In this document: piece after piece, positions 1 to 8,707 of the stretch
Position numbering within the stretch: position 1 is the first letter of the stretch
Layout of the letters: every line of letters begins with the position of its first letter
Source of the DNA: Burkholderiales bacterium
Lineage (GTDB): Bacteria > Pseudomonadota > Gammaproteobacteria > Burkholderiales > JAEUOS01
Assembly: GCA_947456845.1 (NCBI GenBank)
Contig: CANGUJ010000003.1
Coordinates: 1 to 33,204 of the forward strand
Direction: 5' to 3'
Length of the DNA: 33,204 bases
The notes under the pieces: generated by a model
What the model was told of the DNA's origin: nothing
What the model saw: the letters and a program-made list of their open reading frames with translations, nothing else
The model's database searches: none
Made by a program: the position numbers and the translations under genes

Positions 1-1242
1 CGGCCCCCAGGCGGGCGCGCCGGGCGTTGCGCTCCGGGCCGTGGCATGCAGCGCCGCAACCTGCCGGGGTGCGGTGGCGTTGCCGCGCAGGCTGGCGTGG
101 CCCGGCCGGTGGTCGGCATCGGGTTGCAGCGTTTCCAGGGTGCCGGGCCCCAGGCGCGCGTTGAGACGTTCCAGCAGGGCCGCCAGCCCTTGTGCCGGGC
201 GGGCCGGTTCCGGCAGCAGCGCACGGGTGGCCTCGGTGGCGGTGCTGGCGTGCGGGGTGCTTACCCCGATGCGCTCCACCCGGTGCGTCAATGCGGTGTG
301 GTTGAGCCGTTCGCGCAGGATCAGGTTGAAGCGCTCGCCCGACGCGGCGGGCTCGAGGAAGCTCAGGGTCAGGGTGCTGTGCGCGCCGGTTGGCATGCCG
401 GGGCGGGCGCGTTCATGGTGCAGGGTGAGGTCGATGCGGTCGACCGCCTGCCTGCGTGCGCGCAAAAACCCCTCGAGCTGGCGGAACGCGCGTGCGCAAG
501 CGAACTGCAGGGCCTCCGCCGACTCGGCAGGGGCCGGCAGGGTGAGGGTGGTGCGAAAAGTCTCGGGAAACACCATGGCCTGCACAGGGTCGGGCGTGCG
601 GCCCAGGGCGCGGTCGAGTTCGTCGACCAGGGCATGGCCGAAGCGGCGCTTGAGGCCGTCGCGCGGCAGGGCCAGCACGTCGGCCAGGGTGGCGAGTCCG
701 AGCGTGGTGAAGGTGGCGGCGTAACCGGCGGCGCTTTGCAGCGCCTTCACCGGCAGGCCAGGCAGTGTCGCGTGCAGTTCGGCCGGTGTGTCGAGATGGG
801 TGGCAAAGCCGCAGGCCGCAAGCATGCGTGCGCTCGTGGGGGTGGGGCTGGTGGCGAGCGTGGCGGCAAACCCCTGCGCGGCAAGGTCCTGCGCCAGCAG
901 CCTTGTCAGCGTACCGAGGCCGCCGAACAGGCGGGCGCTGCCGCCGGTTTCGAGCAGCAGGCCATGCGCAAACTCCCCGACCTGCGAGGTGTATTGCAAG
1001 GCCCACTGGGCGAGCCCGGCGAGTGCTTCGGCCTCCAGTGCGGGATCGCGTTCGATCCATTCGAGCGCCGGCGCCAGTGCGTGCGCGGCGGCCAGGCCGT
1101 GGCCGCTGCGCACGCCGGCCGCCTGCGCGGCGTCATTGGCGATGACGACACGCCGCTTCTCGACCACCGCGAAGGCGCGCTCAGGCGCTTGCGGTATGCA
1201 GTCGAGCGTCAGGCTTGTCAGCTGAATCGCGGTCCACAGCAT
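1..1242 (-). CDS. imuB: ImuB, Y-family DNA polymerase-like mutasome accessory protein (3' end truncated by window edge)
   Basis: Not in the ORF track because it runs off the edge. ATG at 1242 reads MLWTAIQLTSLTLDCIPQAPERAFAVVEKRRVVIANDAAQAAGVRSGHGLAAAHALAPAL, a typical ImuB N-terminus; overlaps the 3' end of imuA. Confidence 0.88.
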   Translation of the reverse strand, partial: MLWTAIQLTSLTLDCIPQAPERAFAVVEKRRVVIANDAAQAAGVRSGHGLAAAHALAPALEWIERDPALEAEALAGLAQWALQYTSQVGEFAHGLLLETGGSARLFGGLGTLTRLLAQDLAAQGFAATLATSPTPTSARMLAACGFATHLDTPAELHATLPGLPVKALQSAAGYAATFTTLGLATLADVLALPRDGLKRRFGHALVDELDRALGRTPDPVQAMVFPETFRTTLTLPAPAESAEALQFACARAFRQLEGFLRARRQAVDRIDLTLHHERARPGMPTGAHSTLTLSFLEPAASGERFNLILRERLNHTALTHRVERIGVSTPHASTATEATRALLPEPARPAQGLAALLERLNARLGPGTLETLQPDADHRPGHASLRGNATAPRQVAALHATARSATPGAPAWGP

Positions 1243-1990
1243 GGGGAACGAGCGCAATGGGAGAAGTCGGCCGGGCGAACAGGGGGGAGGGCGGCGTGAC
1301 GACGATGGGCCGGGCCAGGACGCCGCCGCGGCGCTTGAGGATGCGCAAGGACAGGCGGGACTGCGGCGCCGCCTCAAGGGCGATGCGCAAGGCCGCCGGT
1401 GTGGTTGCGTGGGCGGCATTGTCCGGGCGCATCAGCACCGCCAGCACCGGCTTGCCCTCGACCGCCAGTTGCAGGCGCCGCGCATCCTGCGCGGTGAGAT
1501 GGCGTGGCCAAGCCAGAAGCGCGCCATTGGACAGACCCTTGAGGATTTGCTCGCAGGCCCACAGGATGTCGGCCGGGCGGCGCGGGCGCACGATGATCAG
1601 GCCGGATGCCGCGATGCCGCCACCTACAAAGGCCGGCGCATGCGGCAGCCAGGGTGGGGCAAGCAGGAATACCGGCGAGCCGGCGCGCGTGAGGGCGCCC
1701 AAGGTCGGAAAGAAAAGCCGCAGTTCGCCAATGCCAACCTGGCCGTGGATCACCTCGGTGAGGGCGCCGGCCGGCCAGCCGCCGCCCGGCAACTCGGTGT
1801 CTAAGGCCGCGTAGCCGCTGGCGATGCCGGGGCGCGCGGCATGCGCGAGGTCGCGGCCGCGCCACACGCCCGGCATGGCGTCGATGCCGGCTGGCATGGC
1901 GCTGGCGGAGGGTGCGCTACCGCTGGCAGCCGGCGCGTTGTCATGCGCATCGGCAGCGTCTGCGCAGGAGGGAAAGAGGGCATGCCCCAT
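1181..1990 (-). CDS. imuA: ImuA translesion synthesis-associated RecA/SulA-like protein
   Basis: SGYAALDTELPGGGWPAGALTE..GIGELRL and RRLQLA..LRILKRRG motifs; directly upstream of imuB and downstream of an SOS box. Confidence 0.92.
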   Translation of the reverse strand: MGHALFPSCADAADAHDNAPAASGSAPSASAMPAGIDAMPGVWRGRDLAHAARPGIASGYAALDTELPGGGWPAGALTEVIHGQVGIGELRLFFPTLGALTRAGSPVFLLAPPWLPHAPAFVGGGIAASGLIIVRPRRPADILWACEQILKGLSNGALLAWPRHLTAQDARRLQLAVEGKPVLAVLMRPDNAAHATTPAALRIALEAAPQSRLSLRILKRRGGVLARPIVVTPPSPLFARPTSPIALVPHAVDRDSADKPDARLHTASA

Positions 1991-2029
1991 GGCGACGGGC
2001 AGGGGTACGGCGTGGTGGAGGCGGTGCGC

Positions 2030-2227
2030 TCAGGCCGCAAGCCAGTCGATTCCCATGCGCAGGGCAAAACCGGCGGCGCACACCACACTAACCCAGCGGT
2101 CCTGGTCCTGCGCCAGAAAGCCGGTCAGGGCGATGGCGAGGCGACCTTGGAATCTTTGCGGGGGAGTGCCGCGGACGGGTACGGCGTCGGCGGAAGGGGG
2201 CGCAAGGCGGCGGGTGGGGGCTTGCAT
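2030..2227 (-). CDS. Small hypothetical protein (65 aa) with hydrophobic C-terminus, first gene after the SOS box
   Basis: ATG at 2227 preceded by GGAG (ccGGAGtacgcaccgccATG); fills the gap between the promoter and imuA; C-terminal WVSVVCAAGFALRMGIDWLAA. Confidence 0.5.
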   Translation of the reverse strand: MQAPTRRLAPPSADAVPVRGTPPQRFQGRLAIALTGFLAQDQDRWVSVVCAAGFALRMGIDWLAA

Positions 2228-2273
2228 GGCGGTGCGTACTCCGGATTGGGCGGGGGAGTTAGCATACCGCAAA

Positions 2274-2293
2274 TACTGTTTTTATGTACAGTA
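2274..2293. promoter_or_regulatory. LexA operator (SOS box) for the imuA-imuB cassette
   Basis: TACTGTTTTTATGTACAGTA matches the beta/gamma-proteobacterial CTGT-N8-ACAG consensus; the palindrome extends to AAATACTGT/ACAGTATTT; a -10-like TATGCT lies on the minus strand at 2261-2266. Confidence 0.92.
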
Positions 2294-2382
2294 TTTTTTG
2301 AGTGCCCTGATGAATCAGTCGATCAGCGACCCATCATACCGGGCCTGGCGTGGGCGCGCGGGGCATCACGGCTGTTCTGTAT

Positions 2383-5163
2383 TCAAAGGTCTTGCGCGAT
2401 TTTCTCGATTTCCGCGCGCGCCGGAAATTTGTCACCCAGGGCAGCGAGTTCTTCCAGCAGCAGGCGGGCTTCACGTTTCTTGCCGGTCTTGATGAGTACA
2501 CGGGCATAGTTGAGGCGGATGGCATGCGCCTGGGGCGCCAGTTCGACCGCCTTGGCCAGGAGTTCGTTGGCGCGCGAAACCTCCCCCTTTTCAAGCAGCA
2601 GCACCCCCAGGGTGTCCATGAACGCCGGTTGGTTGGGCGCGATCTGGTTGGCTTTCTCGGCTAGCGGGATGGCATCGGCTGCCTTGAGCCGGCCAGCGGT
2701 CCAGGCGAGGTTGTTGAGCAGGACCGGGTTTTCCGGCATGGCCGCGAGCAAGTCGCGGAAACGTTGCGAAGCGCCTTGAAGGTCGTTGCGTGCCAGGGCG
2801 GCTTCACCCAGATGCATCTGGAAGCCGTAATCCCTGGGTTGTTCCTTTTGCCAGGCGGCTGCCATGCGTTCGGCTTCCGCGGTGTTGCTGCCCGCCAGGA
2901 GCGCGCCATGCAGCTTGACGGCCATTTCGGTGGAAGGGGCTTGCTTGAGCCCCGCACGATAGGCATTGGCTGCATCAGCCCAGGCTTTTTGCGAGGCATG
3001 GATGTCGCCTTCGAGCAGGTGACCGATGGATTCCTTGGGTCGCTGCTTCTGTACCTCGCGCGCCGTGGCCAGGGCGTTCCTGGTCTTGTTGGCCTGCAGA
3101 TCGAGCATGATGAGCCCGCGTTGCGCTTCCACCAGGTCAGGCTTGATTTCGAGCGCCTGGCGCAGGTTCTGTGCGGCGGCCTCGGGCTTCCGGGCGGCGA
3201 TATTGATCTCGGCCATGCGCACATAGGGGCGCACTGCCCCCGGTTGCAGGGCTATCTGCTTGTTGCAGGAAACCAGCGCCTGGTTGAAATCGCCATTGGC
3301 CTGCTGGGCTTGGCCCAGCAGGTCGTAGAGTTCGGGCCGGTCGGGCAGCGCGGCAATGCCGTCCTGCGCCGCGGTGATGGCCTTGCGGTAATCCCTGGCG
3401 CGCATGTGCAGGTCGACCAAGGCGGCGCGCGGCGCGGTTTCGTCCGGGCGCGCTGCGACCGCTTGGGCGATGAGCGCGGCCGCTTCCTCGACCGTGGCGC
3501 CCATCTGTGCCTTGACACCGGCGATGGCCAGGTAGGCCTGGGCGTTTTTCGGATCGGCGGCGATGAGCGCCTCGAAGCGCCTGATCGCCTCAGCAGGTTT
3601 CTTGTCCTGCATGTCTAGGGTCGCCAGGCCCGCCACCGCCGGGAAATAGGCCGGGTTGAGGGCAAGCGCCTTGCCGAAGCTGGCGCGTGCACCGGCGGCA
3701 TCGCGCTTGGCCAGCAGGAGACGGCCGCGCATTTCATGCGGCAAGGGGTTGTCCGGCATCTTCTTCTGCAGATTGTCGATGGCGACGAGCCCCTTGTCGA
3801 CCTCACCGCGACGCAAATGGTTGGTGATGAGCGCCATGTCGGCCGAAGTGCCGGTATCGCCGGCGGAAATCTTCTCCAGCGCTCCGAAGGCCGCGTCTGC
3901 CTCGCCCTTGGCGAGGCGTGTCAGCGCCAGGCTGGTTTGCTTGCGTGCGTCCGCGGGATCGAGCTTCGTGGCGGCGGTGAAGAATTCCTCCGCGCGCACT
4001 GCGTCGCCGTTGCGCATATAGGCTTCGCCTGCCAGCATCAGCAGGTTGGCGTCATCGCTGATGCTTTCGAGTATCGGCTTCAAGGCCTCGACCGCCTTGG
4101 CCGGCTGCTCGGAGGCCAGATAGGTCAGGGCAAGCCAGCGGCGCGCTGGCAGCGAGCGCGCATCCGTCTTGAGCGCTTGTGCCAGGTGGGTTTCCGCCTG
4201 CGCGTATGACTTGAGGCTGAATTCGATTGCGCCGGCCTGGGTCAGCGCGACCGGGTTGTCAGGCGCCATGCGCAGCAGCTGCTGCGCGTATTCACGCGCG
4301 GACTTGAAGTCCTTTCTGGCGAAAGCGATCTGCGCGCCGGCCAGTTGGGTCAAAGGATGTCTCTTGGCGACGCCGGCAAGCGCCTCGAATTCCTTGGCGG
4401 CTTCGTCCTGATTCGCCTGCCCCATCAGGTTGGAGATCACGGCGAAGCGCGCAACGGCGTAATCGGGCCGGATTTCAACCGCCTTGCGGTATGAGGCCAT
4501 GGCGGCGGCGCGCTCATTGCGCACCATCTGCAGATCGCCCTTGAATTTCCAGGCCTCGGCATCGCGCGGTTGTTGCTGAATAGCCTTTTCCACGTCCGCC
4601 ATCGCTTCGTCGGCCTTGCCGGCCGAGCCGTTCAGGCGCGCCCGGGTCAGGAGGGCGGGGGTGAAGTCGGCCTTCCTGGCGAGCGCCTGCTCCACGGCCT
4701 GCTGCGCGCCGGCAAGGTCGCCCGTTGATGCCATGGCCGAGGCGATACTGTTTTGCACCGAAGCGAAGGCCAGCGGATCGGCGGGCTGGACCTTGCGGCC
4801 CTCGTCGAGCAGGACCTTGAACTGGCCGGTAGCCGCATAGGCTCGCAGAAGCAGGGGCATCACCTGGTCGGGGGAAACCCCCTGGTCGCGCGCCTTGCGC
4901 AGTTCGACCTCGGCGCCGCGCGCGTCGCCGCTTTCAAGCAAGACCTGTCCAAGCAGCAGGCGCGCCTCGGCGTTGTCGTTTTTCTTCTGCAGCGCGTTCT
5001 TGATCTCGATGGTAGCCGCTTTCCTGTCGCCGCGCTCGAGGTGCTGGCGTGCGGTCGCGATGTGCTTTTCGGGGCTGTCATTGCCGCATGCGGCAAGCAG
5101 GATCATGGCGACGGCCAAGGCGCTCGCGATACGGGCCCGGGATTTGGCATGGAATTGTGGCAT
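2383..5163 (-). CDS. prsT: PEP-CTERM/XrtA-system TPR-repeat lipoprotein, PrsT family
   Basis: 926 aa; lipobox LAAC at Cys26; AATIEIKNALQ..ARLLLG N-terminal signature; many TPR repeats; C-terminal LLNNLAW..FMDTLG motifs. Confidence 0.85.
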   Translation of the reverse strand: MPQFHAKSRARIASALAVAMILLAACGNDSPEKHIATARQHLERGDRKAATIEIKNALQKKNDNAEARLLLGQVLLESGDARGAEVELRKARDQGVSPDQVMPLLLRAYAATGQFKVLLDEGRKVQPADPLAFASVQNSIASAMASTGDLAGAQQAVEQALARKADFTPALLTRARLNGSAGKADEAMADVEKAIQQQPRDAEAWKFKGDLQMVRNERAAAMASYRKAVEIRPDYAVARFAVISNLMGQANQDEAAKEFEALAGVAKRHPLTQLAGAQIAFARKDFKSAREYAQQLLRMAPDNPVALTQAGAIEFSLKSYAQAETHLAQALKTDARSLPARRWLALTYLASEQPAKAVEALKPILESISDDANLLMLAGEAYMRNGDAVRAEEFFTAATKLDPADARKQTSLALTRLAKGEADAAFGALEKISAGDTGTSADMALITNHLRRGEVDKGLVAIDNLQKKMPDNPLPHEMRGRLLLAKRDAAGARASFGKALALNPAYFPAVAGLATLDMQDKKPAEAIRRFEALIAADPKNAQAYLAIAGVKAQMGATVEEAAALIAQAVAARPDETAPRAALVDLHMRARDYRKAITAAQDGIAALPDRPELYDLLGQAQQANGDFNQALVSCNKQIALQPGAVRPYVRMAEINIAARKPEAAAQNLRQALEIKPDLVEAQRGLIMLDLQANKTRNALATAREVQKQRPKESIGHLLEGDIHASQKAWADAANAYRAGLKQAPSTEMAVKLHGALLAGSNTAEAERMAAAWQKEQPRDYGFQMHLGEAALARNDLQGASQRFRDLLAAMPENPVLLNNLAWTAGRLKAADAIPLAEKANQIAPNQPAFMDTLGVLLLEKGEVSRANELLAKAVELAPQAHAIRLNYARVLIKTGKKREARLLLEELAALGDKFPARAEIEKIAQDL

Positions 5164-5361
5164 TTCGGGTTTGCGGTCCGGGAATGCCGCGCGTGTGCCG
5201 AAACGGGCGCGGCCGACGCCGAACGGGCTGAAGACGATAAGTGCATTCTATCCTCGCCTTGACGCGCACCCGCAGGCCGCAGGCCGCGGGGACGCAGGAG
5301 GCCCTATGCTAAATTCAAGAGTCCCTTCATTCCGCAAGCGCCGCGCAGGCCTTCCATCAAG

Positions 5362-6234
5362 ATGCCATACGTCACCGCCCCTGACGGGGTCCGCCTCTGT
5401 TACGAAGAAGCCGGTAGCGGCACGCCCATCGTGTTCGTGCATGAATTCCTCGGCGACATCGAAGCCTGGGAAACGCAAATGCGCTACTTCTCGCGACGCT
5501 ATCGCGCCATTGCCTTCAACGCGCGCGGCTATCCGCCTTCGGATGTGCCGCAAAAGGCCGAGGACTACGCATTCGAGCACCAGCGCGCCGGCATTCTTGC
5601 GGTGCTTGACGGCCTCGGCATCGAGCGTGCCCACATCGTGGGCCTGTCGATGGGGGCTTTCGCGACCTTTTATTTCGGCATGCGCTGGCCGGAGCGCGCG
5701 CTGTCCCTGACTTTGGCCGGTATCGGCTCGGGATCGATGCCCGAGGTGCGCGCGCAGTTCCATGCGGAATCCGAAGCGAGCGCGGAGAGCCTGCTTGCCA
5801 CCGGCTGGGGAGCCAATGCCGAGGCGCGCACGCTCACCCCCACGCGGGTGCAGTTGCGCAACAAGGATCCGCGCGGTTTCGCCGAATTCGTCAGCCATGT
5901 CCGGCAGCATTCCGCCCTGGGGTCGGCGATGACCCTGAAAGGCTACCAGGCGCGCCGCCCGTCGCTGGGGGATTTCGCCGCCGAGATGGCGCGTTGCACG
6001 GTGCCGACGCTCATCATAAGCGGCGACGAGGATGAGCCCTGCCTGGATGCTTCGCTGATGCTCAAGCGCCACATGCCGTCGGCCGGCCTGGCCTTCATCC
6101 CGCAGACCGGGCATGCCTGCAACCTCGAGGAACCGGACCTGTTCAACCAGATGTGCGACCGGTTCTTCCATCAGGTGGAGTCCGGCCAGTACCGCCTGCG
6201 CGATCCGCTCGCCCGCACCCACCGCATGCTGTAG
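5362..6234 (+). CDS. Alpha/beta fold hydrolase
   Basis: GTPIVFVHEF oxyanion region, GLSMG nucleophile elbow, GDED acid and GHACN His motifs. Confidence 0.88.
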   Translation: MPYVTAPDGVRLCYEEAGSGTPIVFVHEFLGDIEAWETQMRYFSRRYRAIAFNARGYPPSDVPQKAEDYAFEHQRAGILAVLDGLGIERAHIVGLSMGAFATFYFGMRWPERALSLTLAGIGSGSMPEVRAQFHAESEASAESLLATGWGANAEARTLTPTRVQLRNKDPRGFAEFVSHVRQHSALGSAMTLKGYQARRPSLGDFAAEMARCTVPTLIISGDEDEPCLDASLMLKRHMPSAGLAFIPQTGHACNLEEPDLFNQMCDRFFHQVESGQYRLRDPLARTHRML

Positions 6235-6240
6235 GGCGCC

Positions 6241-6870
6241 TTGAAACTCGTCATCGCCACGCCCAGCCCGTTCGCCCGCAAGGCGCGCATCGCGCTGCTG
6301 GAAAAAGGCGTCGTCTTCGAGACCGTGATCGACAATCCCTGGAACCCGGGCGCGCAGGCATCGGCGCACAACCCGCTGGGCAAGATCCCGGTGCTGCTGA
6401 CGCCGGAGGATGGCGCGATCTTCGATTCGAGGGTCATCGTCGACTACGCGGAGGCGAAGTGGCCGGCGCCGCCCGTGCTGCCGGGCGATGCCATGCAGCG
6501 GGTCGCGGCGCGGCAGGTCGAGGCAGTGGCCGACGGCGTATGCGATGCCGTCGTGTTGATCGTGCTCGAGCGCGCCCGGCCCGAGGGATTGCGCAGCGCC
6601 GACTGGGTCGCGCGCCAGCGCGCCAAGGTGGAAGCGGGGGTGGTGGATGTCGATGGCCGGCTGGGCGGCAGGCCATGGTTTGTCGGCGAGGCGTTCGGGT
6701 TGGCCGACATCGCCGTCGGCTGCATGCTCGGCTACCTGGACCTGCGCCTGCCGGAATTCGCGTGGCGCGCGGCGGCTCCGCGCTTGGCGAACTGGTTCGA
6801 GCGCATCGGCGCGCGCGAATCCTTTCGCGCCACGCAGCCTTCGATACAGCCGATCAACGCGGTGCGCTGA
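6241..6870 (+). CDS. Glutathione S-transferase family protein (TTG start)
   Basis: SPFARK, NPLGKIPVL, DSRVI and LADIAVG motifs; starts 6 nt after the hydrolase stop. Confidence 0.88.
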   Translation: MKLVIATPSPFARKARIALLEKGVVFETVIDNPWNPGAQASAHNPLGKIPVLLTPEDGAIFDSRVIVDYAEAKWPAPPVLPGDAMQRVAARQVEAVADGVCDAVVLIVLERARPEGLRSADWVARQRAKVEAGVVDVDGRLGGRPWFVGEAFGLADIAVGCMLGYLDLRLPEFAWRAAAPRLANWFERIGARESFRATQPSIQPINAVR

Positions 6871-6909
6871 CCGGTCATGCCTGGTGGCCGCCCAGGGCGG
6901 GGCGGCCCG

Positions 6910-8100
6910 CTAGTGCGCGGATGACTGCTTCTTCGAGAGCAGGCGGATCGCCCGCTCGAGGCCGTCGATAGTGAGCGGGTACATGCGGTTGCCGACGATC
7001 TGCTTGATCACCGAGATCGACTGGCGGTATTCCCATACCCGCTCGGGTTCCGGATTGAGCCATACCGCGCTCTTGAAATGCTCGAGGAAGCGCTGTATCC
7101 ACACCGCACCGGGCTCCTCGTTGTTGTATTCGACGCTCCCGCCCGGCTGCAGGATCTCGTACGGACTCATGGTGGCGTCGCCGACGAAGATCAGCTTGTA
7201 GTCCCGGTTGTACTTGCGGATCACATCCCAGGTCATGAATTTCTCGGAATGGCGACGGCGGTTGTTCTTCCAGAGGAAGTCGTAGACGCAGTTGTGGAAG
7301 TAGTAGTACTCGAGGTGCTTGAATTCGGTCTTGGCAGCCGAAAACAGTTCCTCGGCCTGCTTGATGTGGTCATCCATGGTGCCGCCCACGTCCATCAGCA
7401 TGAGCACCTTCACGGTGTTCTTGCGTTCGGGCACCATCTTGATGTCCAGCCAGCCTGCGTTCCTGGCGGTGGACTCGATCGTATCGGGCATGTCGAGTTC
7501 CTCGGCCGCGCCTTCCCGGGCGAACTTGCGCAGGCGGCGCAACGCCAGCTTGATGTTGCGGATGCCCAGTTCGACGGAGTCGTCGTAGTCCTTGTAGGAG
7601 CGTTGGTCCCATACCTTGACCGCCGAGCGGTTGCGGCCCCCGGCCTGGCCGATGCGCACGCCCTGCGGGTTGTAGCCGTGCGCGCCGAAGGGCGAGGTGC
7701 CGCCGGTGCCTATCCACTTGCTGCCGCCCTCGTGGCGTTCCTTTTGCTCGTCGAGACGCTTCTTGAGCTCCTCCATCAGCTTGTCCCAACCAAGCGCCTC
7801 GATCTTGGCCTTTTCTTCCGGCGTGAGGTTGTTCTCGATGACCTTGCGCAACCAGTCCTCCGGCAGGTCGCGCTTCAGGTCGACCAGGGAGTCGACGCCG
7901 CGGAAGTATTCGCCGAAGACGCGGTCGTACTTGTCGTACTTGGTCTCGTCCTTGATCAGGCACATGCGCGAGAGGAAGTAGAACTCGTCGATGGAAGGGC
8001 CGATCACGCCCTTCTGCAGCGACTCGAGCAGCACCAGGAATTCCTTGGTCGAGACCGGCAGGCCGGCATCCTTGCACTTGAGAAAGAAGTCGATGAGCAT
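6910..8100 (-). CDS. VWA domain (CoxE-like) protein, partner of the MoxR ATPase
   Basis: Probable start MLIDFF at 8100; KWIGTGGTSPFG motif, MIDAS-like MDVGGTMD, YFHNC and GDATMSPYEI. Confidence 0.88.
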   Translation of the reverse strand: MLIDFFLKCKDAGLPVSTKEFLVLLESLQKGVIGPSIDEFYFLSRMCLIKDETKYDKYDRVFGEYFRGVDSLVDLKRDLPEDWLRKVIENNLTPEEKAKIEALGWDKLMEELKKRLDEQKERHEGGSKWIGTGGTSPFGAHGYNPQGVRIGQAGGRNRSAVKVWDQRSYKDYDDSVELGIRNIKLALRRLRKFAREGAAEELDMPDTIESTARNAGWLDIKMVPERKNTVKVLMLMDVGGTMDDHIKQAEELFSAAKTEFKHLEYYYFHNCVYDFLWKNNRRRHSEKFMTWDVIRKYNRDYKLIFVGDATMSPYEILQPGGSVEYNNEEPGAVWIQRFLEHFKSAVWLNPEPERVWEYRQSISVIKQIVGNRMYPLTIDGLERAIRLLSKKQSSAH

Positions 8101-8117
8101 GTCTTGGCTCCTTGGCG

Positions 8118-8705
8118 CTAGCGCGCGAGCTGGAACTCGAGGTGGCTTTTGACGGCCGGCCATTCGTGCGGCAGGATGCTGAACACCACGGTGTCGCGCA
8201 GGGTGCCGTCGACATGCCGGGTATGGTTGCGCAGGATGCCATCCTGCCTGGCACCGAGCCGCTCTATGGCTCGGCGGCTGGCGGCGTTGAAAAAACTGGT
8301 ACGGAACTCCACGGCAACGCATTCGAGGGTCTCGAACGCGTGGCCCAGCAGCATGCGCTTGCATTCGGTATTGAGGGCTGTACGCTGCGCCGATTGTGCA
8401 TACCAGGTGGAGCCGATCTCGACACGCCGGTTTTTCTGATCGACATTCATGTAGGTCGTCATGCCGATGACGCGACCGGTTGCGGTCGAGCGAACGGCGA
8501 AGGGCAGCATGGAACCCGTCGCCTGCAAGCCGAGGCGACGGTCGATTTCAGCGGCCATGCCGTCGGGTGCCGGAATCGCGGTATACCAGAGCCGCCAAAG
8601 CTCGCCATCCCGCACCGCGGCCTGCAAGTCGGCGCAATGGTCCCGGGCGAGCGGCTCCAGGGTGGCGTGCCGGCCGGAGAGCGTGACCGGCGCCAGCCAC
8701 GCCAT
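8118..8705 (-). CDS. GNAT N-acetyltransferase, RimJ/RimL-like
   Basis: RRVEIGSTWY, NAASRRAIERLGA.DGILRNH and RDTVVFSI motifs. Confidence 0.88.
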   Translation of the reverse strand: MAWLAPVTLSGRHATLEPLARDHCADLQAAVRDGELWRLWYTAIPAPDGMAAEIDRRLGLQATGSMLPFAVRSTATGRVIGMTTYMNVDQKNRRVEIGSTWYAQSAQRTALNTECKRMLLGHAFETLECVAVEFRTSFFNAASRRAIERLGARQDGILRNHTRHVDGTLRDTVVFSILPHEWPAVKSHLEFQLAR

Positions 8706-8707
8706 GT

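Noticed and set aside
46-1299. 417 aa plus-strand ORF
   Set aside because: Antisense shadow of imuB; no recognisable motifs.
8101-8364. N-terminal extensions in the ORF track (VWA here; likewise spoVR, clpS, ybaK, qor and the cytochromes)
   Set aside because: They overlap neighbouring genes or promoters; downstream starts match family N-termini and RBS positions.
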